DNA of 64,000 bases from an uncultured Nitrospiraceae bacterium (GTDB lineage Bacteria > Nitrospirota > Nitrospiria > Nitrospirales > Nitrospiraceae): the NCBI GenBank assembly GCA_963706325.1, contig CAVPLT010000005.1:51663-115662 (forward strand), in the 5' to 3' direction. Below, one piece after another: positions 9,815 through 18,191 of the stretch. The position numbers and the translations under genes are program-made. Below the pieces are notes generated by a model, which was given only the letters and a program-made list of their open reading frames with translations, searched no databases and had not been told where the DNA came from. Position 1 is the first letter of the stretch; every line of letters begins with the position of its first letter.

Positions 9815-10060
9815 ATGGAAACGGTCAACCTCAGTCTCAGGACTGTGGCCAGTGAAGCCGGCATTTCGCCGGCCTATCTTTCTCGGCTGTTATCGGGCGA
9901 ACGGGGACTCCCGCCAGACGATACCCTTATTCTGAAGTTGGCAGAGGTACTTCACGTCGATCCGCCTGAACGGCTTCTTGTCGAAGCGAAGCGCGTTCCC
10001 AGATTTGCTGCTCCCGGCACTGTTGAGTGCGCACGAAGCGGTCTCGAAGGCAGATCTTAA
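9815..10060 (+). CDS. XRE-family HTH regulator (ImmR-like position)
   Basis: The 81-aa ORF reads LRTVASEAGISPAYLSRLLSGERGLPPDDTLILKLAEVLHVDPPERLL. It is divergent from the minus-strand HTH gene. The C-terminal end may be frameshifted. Confidence 0.5.
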   Translation: METVNLSLRTVASEAGISPAYLSRLLSGERGLPPDDTLILKLAEVLHVDPPERLLVEAKRVPRFAAPGTVECARSGLEGRS

Positions 10061-10120
10061 GGAGGCGATGAAGCAGTTACAGGCGGTGATCCTGAACCAG
10101 AGGAAAAAGAGAGGGCGTCG

Positions 10121-10680
10121 ATGAAGACGGTATCTGGACTAATCGCCTCGTTGATTCATTGGCTGCGACGACCGGAACGCTTTATTCAGAAACTGCAGAG
10201 CCGTGTATCCTCTATGTCAGGACATTCCCTTTTCACCATCAGGAAGAAGCCGCCGCGAATCAGGGGGTGGAAGTCCTGGAGACTACGTTCGGACCTAGGA
10301 TCGAGGGCATCACCACACGTGACGAAGCCCAGGTCATGATTGTGCTTCGTCGTGGACTCAATCCCTTAAATCGGCAGTTTGTCGTAGCGCACGAACTAGG
10401 GCATGTCCAGTTGCACCTTCCATGAAATGAGACAACACCGATGCTCAGCCTATCACTTGGTCAGCAGTGATCATCGAGACATCGAGGCAGACGCGTTATG
10501 CCCTGGCTATGCCTGGTGGGATCATTGCCGACGGAACGGCTTAGCACACGAGGTGCTTACTCTACGTCCTTAACAACCGAGGAATGGCATGGCGGGCATT
10601 CCGCGTCGTCTGTTATCTATCCGGGTATCACCAGAGAATTCGCCTGGCGAATAGGCTGGAGCGAGCCCTGTCAGGCCTCC
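10121..10680 (+). pseudogene. ImmA/IrrE-family (Peptidase_M78) metallopeptidase, frameshifted
   Basis: NQGVEVLETTF...IVLRRGLNPLNRQFVVAHELGHVQLH carries the HEXXH motif, followed immediately by a stop. Downstream fragments in other frames (EADAL / ALAMPGG...) resemble the conserved E-x-x-A-N-x-F-A...MP segment. Confidence 0.55.
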
Positions 10681-10699
10681 AGGCGAAAGGAACAGCATA

Positions 10700-12200
10700 A
10701 TGCCGGTTACACCTGCTCCTACAATTTGCGGCCTCTACACGCGTGTATCCACTCGCAATCAAGCCGACACGGAGTACAGTTCCCTCGAAACCCAACGTGA
10801 AAAGCTGGAGGCGTACTGTAAGAGCCAGGAACAGTACGTCGTCTATCGAGTCTATGAGGATGCTGGCTTTTCGGCGGACACGATGAATCGACCCGCCTTG
10901 AAAGAGTTGCTTCAAGATATTCGGGCTGGTCGGATTACCTGCGTTCTGGCCTATAAAATTGATCGACTGACCCGATCAGTGAAGGATTTCCATGTCCTGA
11001 TGGATTTATTTGACCGACATGGGGCCAAATTTGTGTCCATCACGCAGAGCCTCGATACGCATCACCCGATGGGACGGTTGCTGCGGAATATTTTGTTGGA
11101 TTTTGCCCAGTTTGAACGGGAAATGACGGCGGATCGTACCCGAGACAAAATGCAGCAACGGGCGACCAAAGGACTGTGGAATGGCGGCAATGATTCCCTT
11201 TGGTTATCAGAATGACGAAAAACGTTTAGTGAAGCAGCCTCAGGAGTCGGCCTGCGTTGCAGTTTATGTTTCAATTCTTCGCTCAAGATCCCTCACTGAC
11301 CCGCCTACGCGCAGAATTACATCGTCGTGGATGGTATTCACGCTCTGGCAAGCCCTGGGGCAAGATGACGATCGATTACATTCTGAGAAACCCCACCTAT
11401 CAGGGCAAAGTCCATTTTAACGATCAGGTTTTCCAGGGCGAGCATGAGGCCATCGTGGAGGAGGGGCTCTTCCATAAAGTGCAATCGATGACCCGAGAAC
11501 ATAGCCGAGCTGAAACGAAGATCCAGAGGATCTTCCTTCTCAAGGGGCTACTGAAATGCAGTGTATGTGACTCAGTAATGACGCCCCACTACACGCAGAA
11601 GCGTCGAAAGGATCAGTCGATTCATCGCATCGCATACTACCGCTGCACCAAGACCATGCATCAGAACAATGCAGTCTGCACGGTCAAGGCCCTCAATGCG
11701 GACACGGTAGAGCGTCAGGTTATTGAATACCTGTCCACTCTGAGTCAGCAGGCGGATTGGGTAAAAGGGACCGTGGAGGAATTGAACCGCGACCAAAAGG
11801 AGCGAGTGCGACCACTGGAACAGGAAGCCATTCGCCTTAGGGCGAGCCTGGACAGGCTTGGAAAGAGAAATAGATAGACTGGTGCTAGGGGTGGGGCAGG
11901 GGACGGTGTCAGTCCAACGCCTTGAACAGGAGATGCACCGTCAGCATAAAGAGCAGCAGGGCATAGAAGCCCAGTACCAAGCCGTGCAACGGCAGATCCA
12001 AGAGCATTCCGCGAGGGAGTACGATTCAGAGATCGTTCTACGAAACCTTAAGGATTTTCAAAGGGTTTTTGCAGCGTTGCTACCGAAAGAACAGATGGAG
12101 GTTCTTCGGTGTCTCGTGAGGGATATCATCGTATACCCCGACAAGCTCGTTTTCAATATCTTCGAGCTTGCCGAGGTAGGGACGAGTTCGCAGCAGCGTA
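10700..12200 (+). pseudogene. large serine recombinase copy B (resolvase + recombinase + zinc-ribbon + coiled coil), at least 3 frameshifts
   Basis: 10700-11215 holds the resolvase domain (YTRVSTRNQ..., AYKIDRLTRS). 11181-11260 is a bridging frame (IPFGYQNDEKRLV). 11257-11877 holds the recombinase and zinc-ribbon parts (LLKCSVCDSVMTPHY...YYRCTK). 11858-12200 is the C-terminal coiled coil. All parts are collinear but lie in different frames. Confidence 0.75.
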
Positions 12201-12205
12201 AAGGT

Positions 12206-12281
12206 TGGCTCCCCGGGCAGGACTCGAACCTGCGACCAGCCGGTTAACAGCCGGCTGCTCTACCAACTGAGCTACCGGGGA
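12206..12281 (-). tRNA. tRNA-Asn (anticodon GTT), CCA encoded
   Basis: The reverse complement reads TCCCCGGTAGCTCAGTTGGTAGAGCAGCCGGCTGTTAACCGGCTGGTCGCAGGTTCGAGTCCTGCCCGGGGAGCCA. It folds as a cloverleaf with a 7-bp acceptor stem, anticodon loop CTGTTAA and T-loop GGTTCGAGTCC. Confidence 0.9.
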
Positions 12282-12345
12282 ACTATAAGGTGCCAAATAA
12301 ACTTCGGCATTCTAACAAAAAAGGGATGAGAAGGGGGAGACTTTT

Positions 12346-12615
12346 TTAAAAGCCAAAGTCTTCAGTGTCGTCTTCATCGGACGACGCGTCGGTGTTTCCT
12401 TTTGCGAGATCTGCAAAATGCTTCGCCCAGGTGAGATAAAGATTTCCACTGTCCCGCATTGTTTCAGCAGCTTTTACAAGTTTTTCTGCCAGTTCAGGAT
12501 CTTTCCCGCTGACATGTATCGCTGCAGCCTGTCGTTCTATGGCTTTGGGATATTCATGCAACAGGCCGGCGATGTCGCGGAGCAGTTCGTCGAGCACATT
12601 GTCTTCTTGTTCCAT
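12346..12615 (-). CDS. small acidic hypothetical protein with C-terminal ...SSDEDDTEDFGF tail
   Basis: 89-aa ORF with a helical-looking body and a strongly acidic tail ending in aromatic residues. I recognise no family. Confidence 0.4.
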   Translation of the reverse strand: MEQEDNVLDELLRDIAGLLHEYPKAIERQAAAIHVSGKDPELAEKLVKAAETMRDSGNLYLTWAKHFADLAKGNTDASSDEDDTEDFGF

Positions 12616-12641
12616 CAGATCCTTTCGGTCCCCATCTCATG

Positions 12642-12672
12642 AAAAAACCCCATAGCGTGGGACGCTATGGGG
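12642..12672 (-). terminator. rho-independent terminator after the OFOR operon
   Basis: A perfect 10-bp stem CCCCATAGCG/CGCTATGGGG (12648-12657 / 12663-12672) has a 5-nt loop. On the minus strand it is followed by TTTTTT (12642-12647). It lies 23 nt downstream of the delta-subunit stop. Confidence 0.75.
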
Positions 12673-12694
12673 TTTATGAGACGCATTGGTTTGC

Positions 12695-12973
12695 TTATCC
12701 TTGGTAGGCTTGTCCGAGGGCTGCAGACTCACCCTTATGAGTCATCAATTGCCCCGTGGCGCTGACTGCCTGCATCTCGATCGCCTCATGCTTGGCGGCG
12801 TTACAGACAACGACGCACAGTTCGCATCCCTTACATCGATCGATCGTTACTTCCGCCACCATCTTGGACGAGTTGAGATCCAAGCAGTTAGCCTCCGGGC
12901 AGTACATGATGCAGAGGCGGCAGCCCTTCTTGGCCACACATTTCTCGTCGATGACTTGCGCTACGTTATACAT
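12695..12973 (-). CDS. 2-oxoacid:ferredoxin oxidoreductase delta subunit (2x[4Fe-4S] ferredoxin-like)
   Basis: 92 aa with two Cys clusters (GCRLCIMYCPE and CKGCELCVVVCN). It is the last gene of the OFOR operon. Confidence 0.8.
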   Translation of the reverse strand: MYNVAQVIDEKCVAKKGCRLCIMYCPEANCLDLNSSKMVAEVTIDRCKGCELCVVVCNAAKHEAIEMQAVSATGQLMTHKGESAALGQAYQG

Positions 12974-12996
12974 GCGACGTGGTTCCTTCTCTCTCG

Positions 12997-13704
12997 TTAT
13001 GCCGCAACGGCAGGATTACCGACCTGCAACTCGATTTTGTTCTTCGCGGCCCATTCGCTAGCGATTTCATATGCCGCTTTGACCGTCGCGAGGTTTTTCG
13101 CCAATAACATTTCCTTCTTGGCGAATTTCTTTTTGATCGCTTCGTCCAAGGAGGCAGTTCCGCCGGATGCGACAAATTTCTTTCCAAATCGTTCTTGCAG
13201 TGCACCGTCGAGAGCTTCCATGGAGACACATTTGGTAATGCCTGCGACCGAGCCAATCATGGCCATGTTCGTCGATAACTCGGTGCCGGCAACTTCGATC
13301 GCAAGTTCGGTTCCTGCAATGTAAAACAAGGCGACGTTCAGATCCTTGAGTCGCTGGATGTCTTCTTCTGACAGAAGGGGTTGGGCTGAGTTGATAATGA
13401 CGACGCCACCCTCCTTCACGCCGGAGTAGAAGGGCATGGTATAACTTTTCCCCATCGTGATCACCTGGGGGTGAAACACTTCGATGACATCAGGAAAGAC
13501 TAACTCCCCCCGGTCATAGATCCGCTCGATGCCGATGCGGCAATAACTTTCTGCGGGAGCCATACGCTTTTCGGCACCAAAAAACGGATTCGATATTGAA
13601 AACTTTCCGTCCCGGTTGGCCGCCATTGCCATTACGTGCGCTGCCGTGACGGCACCCTGTCCACCCAACCCTGACATGCGAATATTGAGTCTTTTCTTGA
13701 TCAT
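12997..13704 (-). CDS. 2-oxoacid:ferredoxin oxidoreductase gamma subunit
   Basis: 235 aa. LNIRMSGLGGQGAVTAAHVMAMA is the hallmark N-terminus of the POR/KOR gamma domain. Confidence 0.8.
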   Translation of the reverse strand: MIKKRLNIRMSGLGGQGAVTAAHVMAMAANRDGKFSISNPFFGAEKRMAPAESYCRIGIERIYDRGELVFPDVIEVFHPQVITMGKSYTMPFYSGVKEGGVVIINSAQPLLSEEDIQRLKDLNVALFYIAGTELAIEVAGTELSTNMAMIGSVAGITKCVSMEALDGALQERFGKKFVASGGTASLDEAIKKKFAKKEMLLAKNLATVKAAYEIASEWAAKNKIELQVGNPAVAA

Positions 13705-13721
13705 GAACGACCTCCGGTTCC

Positions 13722-14624
13722 TTACGCTTTTTCCGCTAACTGTTTGGCGGCGGCTTTCTTTTCTTTGGCCTTGGCGTCACGCTCCGCCAAAAGCTGCTTC
13801 GCTGGCTCGCTGATATATTCTTTATAGGCGAACCGTTCGGCCGGTTTCTCGGAATCCCGCATTTCCTGCAGGCCTTCCATGCTGTTTTTACCGATTTCCA
13901 AAATGCAGGGCGTGTAGAGCTGAAGATAGGTCGGCCCGAGCTCCCGTGCGATCAAAACCGCGTTGCGGACGACTTTTTCGACCAGGGACGGCTTGCTCAC
14001 CGTGCAGTTGACGACGTAGTGACAGCCGGATTCGCGCGCAATCTCAGGCAGACGGACTTTGTCGAAGAGTTTGCCTACCGGCGCCATTTTGGCTACGAAG
14101 CCCTTCTGCATCAGGCCGCTCTCCTGTCCGCCAGTATTGGCATACAGCTCGTTGTCGAAACAGATGGTCGTAAATTTTTCTTGCCGGAACCATGCCTGCA
14201 GGGTCATGTCTAATCCGATATCGACCGTGGCACCATCGCCAGCCAAAACGACCACGTCCTTGACGCGGTCTGGGAATCGGACACTGAGTGCACGCTTCAA
14301 TCCAGACGCAATCGCATTTTGATTGCCGAATAGAGAGTGAATGTTGTGCACAGCTACCATGGGAAACACAAGGCTGGTGCAGCCAGTAGATCCCACCATT
14401 ACTGTATCTTCCGGATTCGGAAGAGATGCCAGGATATAGCGGAATGCCATAGATTCCGGGCAACCTGCACAGAGTGAATGTTGCTCAATCAGCTCTTTTG
14501 ATGTTCCAATATCCTTCCACCCTCGGTCCTCTTTGCCATAAGTGGCACTCTGGACCAAATCTTGGTAGTCCGATGGCATGATGTCATATAGGTCTGGCGA
14601 AATTTTGATTCGCTCCTTGCTCAT
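13722..14624 (-). CDS. 2-oxoacid:ferredoxin oxidoreductase beta subunit (TPP-binding)
   Basis: 300 aa with CAGCPE, the TPP motif LAGDGATVDIG, and ...NELYANTGGQ. Confidence 0.85.
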   Translation of the reverse strand: MSKERIKISPDLYDIMPSDYQDLVQSATYGKEDRGWKDIGTSKELIEQHSLCAGCPESMAFRYILASLPNPEDTVMVGSTGCTSLVFPMVAVHNIHSLFGNQNAIASGLKRALSVRFPDRVKDVVVLAGDGATVDIGLDMTLQAWFRQEKFTTICFDNELYANTGGQESGLMQKGFVAKMAPVGKLFDKVRLPEIARESGCHYVVNCTVSKPSLVEKVVRNAVLIARELGPTYLQLYTPCILEIGKNSMEGLQEMRDSEKPAERFAYKEYISEPAKQLLAERDAKAKEKKAAAKQLAEKA

Positions 14625-14680
14625 ATGCGCCTCCTCAACTCTTCAATTTCTAGGTGAATGGGCCTAAATAACAGGGTTTT

Positions 14681-15892
14681 TCAGCTGCCTCTGCCGGCAA
14701 GCGATTCCGAACGCATACCCAGGGCCGTCTTAATCTCAGATACAATAATTTCCGGAGGCATTGTCATACCTCCGCAAACATGAGGACCGGCGTGTACCCG
14801 TTCACTGTTAGTAATCGTGGCTTTAATTTCTTTTGCCAACCAGCCTGTCACATTAAACTCAGGCACGAAGATGTGTTTAGTGTTCTTTGTGGCTTCACGA
14901 ATCTCCTCTCCAGGCCAGGGGCGGAGTGACTTGACCTTCACCAGGCCGCAACGCACGCCTTCATCCTCAAGAAGCCGGATGGCTTCTCGTCCCTGAGAAA
15001 CAGCTGTGCCAGACGCAACAATTACAACGTCAGCATCAGTATTTTCTGTCTCAATTAACCCGTTAATCCACCTAATAGTGTGCTTACGGGACCGTTCAAC
15101 CGCCGCCCAAATCTCCTGCTGCCAGGAGGCGTGAGTAGCATAACTGATATAATTGCTTTTCATAATAAACGGATCGCGCATCATTCGGACTGGCGGGCAC
15201 TCCATATCCATGCACGGGACGGGAGAGCGGTATGGATCATAGGAGGGAAGACACATGTCGGCAGGAGTTAAATTGACGACGTCTTTGGTATGAGTCACAA
15301 AGAATCCATCACAGCAGAGCGCCAGTGGTAAATGCACTTCCGGCTCTTCCGAAACTATGAAACCTTTGAGGATCCAGTCAAAAAAGTCCTGCGCGGTTTC
15401 TGCATGCCAGACTAGCATTCCGGTATTTAGCAGATAAGAAATCTCAATGGTGTCTGGCTGGATCGAGAGTGGCGAGTTGATGCCACGGCAGGTGACGATC
15501 ATTTGAATCGGCAGACGTGCTCCGGCCCACATAGGGAAGTTTTCCATGGCTCGCATGGTCCCCGGGCCCGCGGTCGTGGTGAATACGCGTGCACCGCCAA
15601 ATGCCGCCCCTGCACATTGGGACATGACAGCGAACTCGCTCTCGCCGCGGAAATAGTCGCCGATGTAGCCTTCAGCAAACAACTCTCCAATGAGCGCCGC
15701 AGCCTCGCTTTGCGGCGTAATCGGGTAGGCAATCATGACGTCACAGCTGGCACGCCGGAGGGCTTCTTTAATGACTTCACTACCTGTATAAAAAGAAGGA
15801 GTGCGGTGAGCTTCGTTCATCATCTTCCAGGCATCTGTGTATGTCTGACCTTTTTTATTCTGTGTCCCGATCTGAGACTTTGTTTCCGCCAT
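14681..15892 (-). CDS. 2-oxoacid:ferredoxin oxidoreductase alpha subunit
   Basis: 403 aa. YPITPQSE and TTAGPG motifs are typical of POR/OGOR alpha subunits. Confidence 0.85.
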   Translation of the reverse strand: MAETKSQIGTQNKKGQTYTDAWKMMNEAHRTPSFYTGSEVIKEALRRASCDVMIAYPITPQSEAAALIGELFAEGYIGDYFRGESEFAVMSQCAGAAFGGARVFTTTAGPGTMRAMENFPMWAGARLPIQMIVTCRGINSPLSIQPDTIEISYLLNTGMLVWHAETAQDFFDWILKGFIVSEEPEVHLPLALCCDGFFVTHTKDVVNLTPADMCLPSYDPYRSPVPCMDMECPPVRMMRDPFIMKSNYISYATHASWQQEIWAAVERSRKHTIRWINGLIETENTDADVVIVASGTAVSQGREAIRLLEDEGVRCGLVKVKSLRPWPGEEIREATKNTKHIFVPEFNVTGWLAKEIKATITNSERVHAGPHVCGGMTMPPEIIVSEIKTALGMRSESLAGRGS

Positions 15893-15946
15893 GGTCTCGG
15901 CCTCCTTTCAAACGCTAGAAGAGCTATGAACTGCTTACCTCTTAAC

Positions 15947-16582
15947 TTAATTGGAAGCGCTAGTCTTCGTCGATGTGATCCGCGGTGTGACCGTGCCTTT
16001 CAGTTTGCGAATCCAATCGCCCAGCTTAAGGATCTTCTCAACCGAGGCGTCTCTAAAGGAGAGCATGGCATCTTCGTGGCCTGCCTGAGCACACATCGCA
16101 ACGGTATAACATGATGTGCCTCCGCGGATAATTTTGAGTGATAGGTTAGCTTGATGGCAGTGCACTCCAATGAACATGCAGCAGTCTATTTTATTATGCC
16201 AGATTGTGAGGTTCGGATGGTTCGGATTAATTTCGACTTCCGGGTTGATTTTTGGATATTTCGGACGGTAGTCCGGCATTGGAATCAGCATCGGTTTTTG
16301 TCCGGGCTGAACCGATTCCTTCAAAATTTCATAAAGCTTTCTAACGGCAGCTGCCTTTTTGGCGGCTTTCTCATTCCATGCCCAGAGTACCAAGGGGCCT
16401 GGGAATATGGTTGGTACTTGCGCCATCAGAAATTGCCGGGCGGCCTCTTCGTAGGCCTTCTCTTCAGGAACAATCACACCATTGATATGAGCCTCGCCCG
16501 GGTTAGGAAGATAGATCCCCATGGAAGCTGCGGCCGGGGGAAGAAAATGTTCGGGCCCTGGTAGCACGCGATACTGAGTCAT
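15947..16582 (-). CDS. fifth (epsilon-type) subunit of a five-subunit 2-oxoacid:ferredoxin oxidoreductase
   Basis: A roughly 211-221-aa ORF is the first gene of the operon. Its size and position fit the extra ~24-kDa subunit of the Hydrogenobacter-type five-subunit POR/OGOR. I chose the ATG at 16582; the ORF extends to a TTG at 16612. I cannot tell POR from OGOR by eye. Confidence 0.55.
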   Translation of the reverse strand: MTQYRVLPGPEHFLPPAAASMGIYLPNPGEAHINGVIVPEEKAYEEAARQFLMAQVPTIFPGPLVLWAWNEKAAKKAAAVRKLYEILKESVQPGQKPMLIPMPDYRPKYPKINPEVEINPNHPNLTIWHNKIDCCMFIGVHCHQANLSLKIIRGGTSCYTVAMCAQAGHEDAMLSFRDASVEKILKLGDWIRKLKGTVTPRITSTKTSASN

Positions 16583-16787
16583 TCGAACCTGCTCTCTTTT
16601 GGGGTTTAACAAACTCGGAGAAGAGATCCTCGGTTATAGCGTGAGTCGTGTCACTCTATGCTTTCCTGAGGTGCCCCTGCAATACGGCAGAAGGCCCACT
16701 TAGGGGAAATTAAGGGCTAGCATGGAGAGGGCGTTTAGGCCTTTTGAACTACAGTGATCAGGCTTCCACAGATCGCTCTAAGTGCGC

Positions 16788-16817
16788 ATTATAGGTGGCA
16801 ATCTTTATAATTGTCAA
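16788..16817 (-). promoter_or_regulatory. consensus sigma-70-type promoter for the OFOR operon
   Basis: The minus strand reads TTGACA (16812-16817), an 18-nt spacer, then TATAAT (16788-16793). It lies about 170-200 nt upstream of the first OFOR gene. Confidence 0.5.
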
Positions 16818-16946
16818 TCGGCTATGCCAAGACAAAACTTTGCCCTATATCCGCTACCTACCATTAGCGCTCATGACTGATAGTGTGATGAGGCCTGCAG
16901 CCTGCAGTTAGGATAGTTTGCGGTAATGATTTTTGGAGCGAACTGT

Positions 16947-17231
16947 CTACGTTGATGCGAGAGGGGGGAGAACCTGTTGGAAAGGGTGAACTTCTATCTT
17001 TTCAAAGATTCCGTGAACAGTATATGGATCTTCTTCAGCTATCCGCCTTGCCTCTTGGAGAGAATTTGCCTCTAAAATAATTAGACTGCCGGCCTGATCT
17101 GTGAAGGGGCCTGCCATAATAAGTCTTCCCGCTCCCCTCAGAGGTTCGAGGCTGGCTAGGTGCGCCGCTCGATGGACCTTGCGTTTGGTTTGGCCATCAG
17201 GCCCGTCGAAACCGAGAATGACGAATGTCAT
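16947..17231 (-). CDS. YciI-family protein
   Basis: 94 aa. The pattern ...HRAAHLASLEPLRGAGRLIMAGPF...ILEANSLQEARRIAEEDPY is typical of the YCII-related domain. Confidence 0.7.
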   Translation of the reverse strand: MTFVILGFDGPDGQTKRKVHRAAHLASLEPLRGAGRLIMAGPFTDQAGSLIILEANSLQEARRIAEEDPYTVHGIFEKIEVHPFQQVLPPLAST

Positions 17232-17251
17232 GCGTTATCGGTTCCTTATCG

Positions 17252-17671
17252 TTAAGCGGCTGTACCATCAAGAGGACGTCGATCTTTATATCCACAGGAG
17301 GTTTCATGCCACCAACTAATTTGGCCCTCGCCAAATTTCCAGCACAAGTATACGATGCGGTCCGCGAGCTTATAGGGGAAGTCGCACAGTCCCGAATCGA
17401 CGTCTTTGATGACCACGCCAAGCTCGTGTATGGCCTGCAGGCTTCCGCTGATTTCGTGAAGCGACCTGACGTATAAAGACCCGACGGAGGTTCCCCCTCC
17501 TGATGCGGCTTGTGCGCTGGCTTTGCTCACTTCGTCTTTTGTACCCGCAATAACTGTTTTAGCACGTCGAACCGCAGCGAATCGCAGGTGGAGTTGAGGG
17601 AGCAGTTCATTCGCTTCTGCCAATGTGAAGATTCGCTCGGGTGTATCGTGATCTGAATCTGGATTTGCCAT
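17252..17671 (-). CDS. DUF2203-family protein
   Basis: 139 aa. IFTLAEANELLPQL...GVVIKDVDSGLCDFP...VYLCWKFGEGQISWWH resembles the DUF2203 family. Confidence 0.6.
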   Translation of the reverse strand: MANPDSDHDTPERIFTLAEANELLPQLHLRFAAVRRAKTVIAGTKDEVSKASAQAASGGGTSVGSLYVRSLHEISGSLQAIHELGVVIKDVDSGLCDFPYKLADRIVYLCWKFGEGQISWWHETSCGYKDRRPLDGTAA

Positions 17672-17858
17672 GGAGGATTATCTGGCCCAGTTTTTAGCAC
17701 ATCACTTGAGCTGCTGCAACAGGACACGCACAGCATGCACATCGCTTGAAAGCAGAAATAGATAAATCAGCGATCGTGTGTCCTGATAACTCTCTGGGTT
17801 GCAACTGGGCACGTAGACGGTGTGCCGCTTCCTTTCGCCCACCACTTGGTTTAAATGG

Positions 17859-17887
17859 TTGACATCTTTCGCAGCAGACGCTAGAAT
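17859..17887 (+). promoter_or_regulatory. near-consensus promoter for rho with a long leader
   Basis: TTGACA (17859-17864), a 17-nt spacer, then TAGAAT (17882-17887). The predicted 5' UTR is about 300 nt up to the rho start at 18192. Confidence 0.5.
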
Positions 17888-18191
17888 TCAAGTGTTCCCT
17901 TGATCAGGGAAAAGTTTCACCTTCTTTGCACCAGCTTTCCAGGCCCATCGCAGCTGTAATCATTCCAGGATATATAAGCATTACTCGTGTAATTGTGGGT
18001 TATCATAATTTTACTGTCACTTCCACAAACCCTATATCGAGCACTCCTTCGTCGAACCATCCAGTTGTGCACAACCAGCAGACTGACACCTAGATAATCA
18101 CTTCCGTACATTCATTCATGAGCAATCAATTGTTTTTCTCATTTTTCTCATTAGGGGAGCTATCGGGTTGAGAGCCTGATAGGGAAGCGGT

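Noticed and set aside
12200-12247. C-terminal tail of the recombinase ORF 11858-12247 (...GWLPGQDSNLRPAG)
   Set aside because: This part is simply the antisense translation of tRNA-Asn. It is not evidence for a longer protein.
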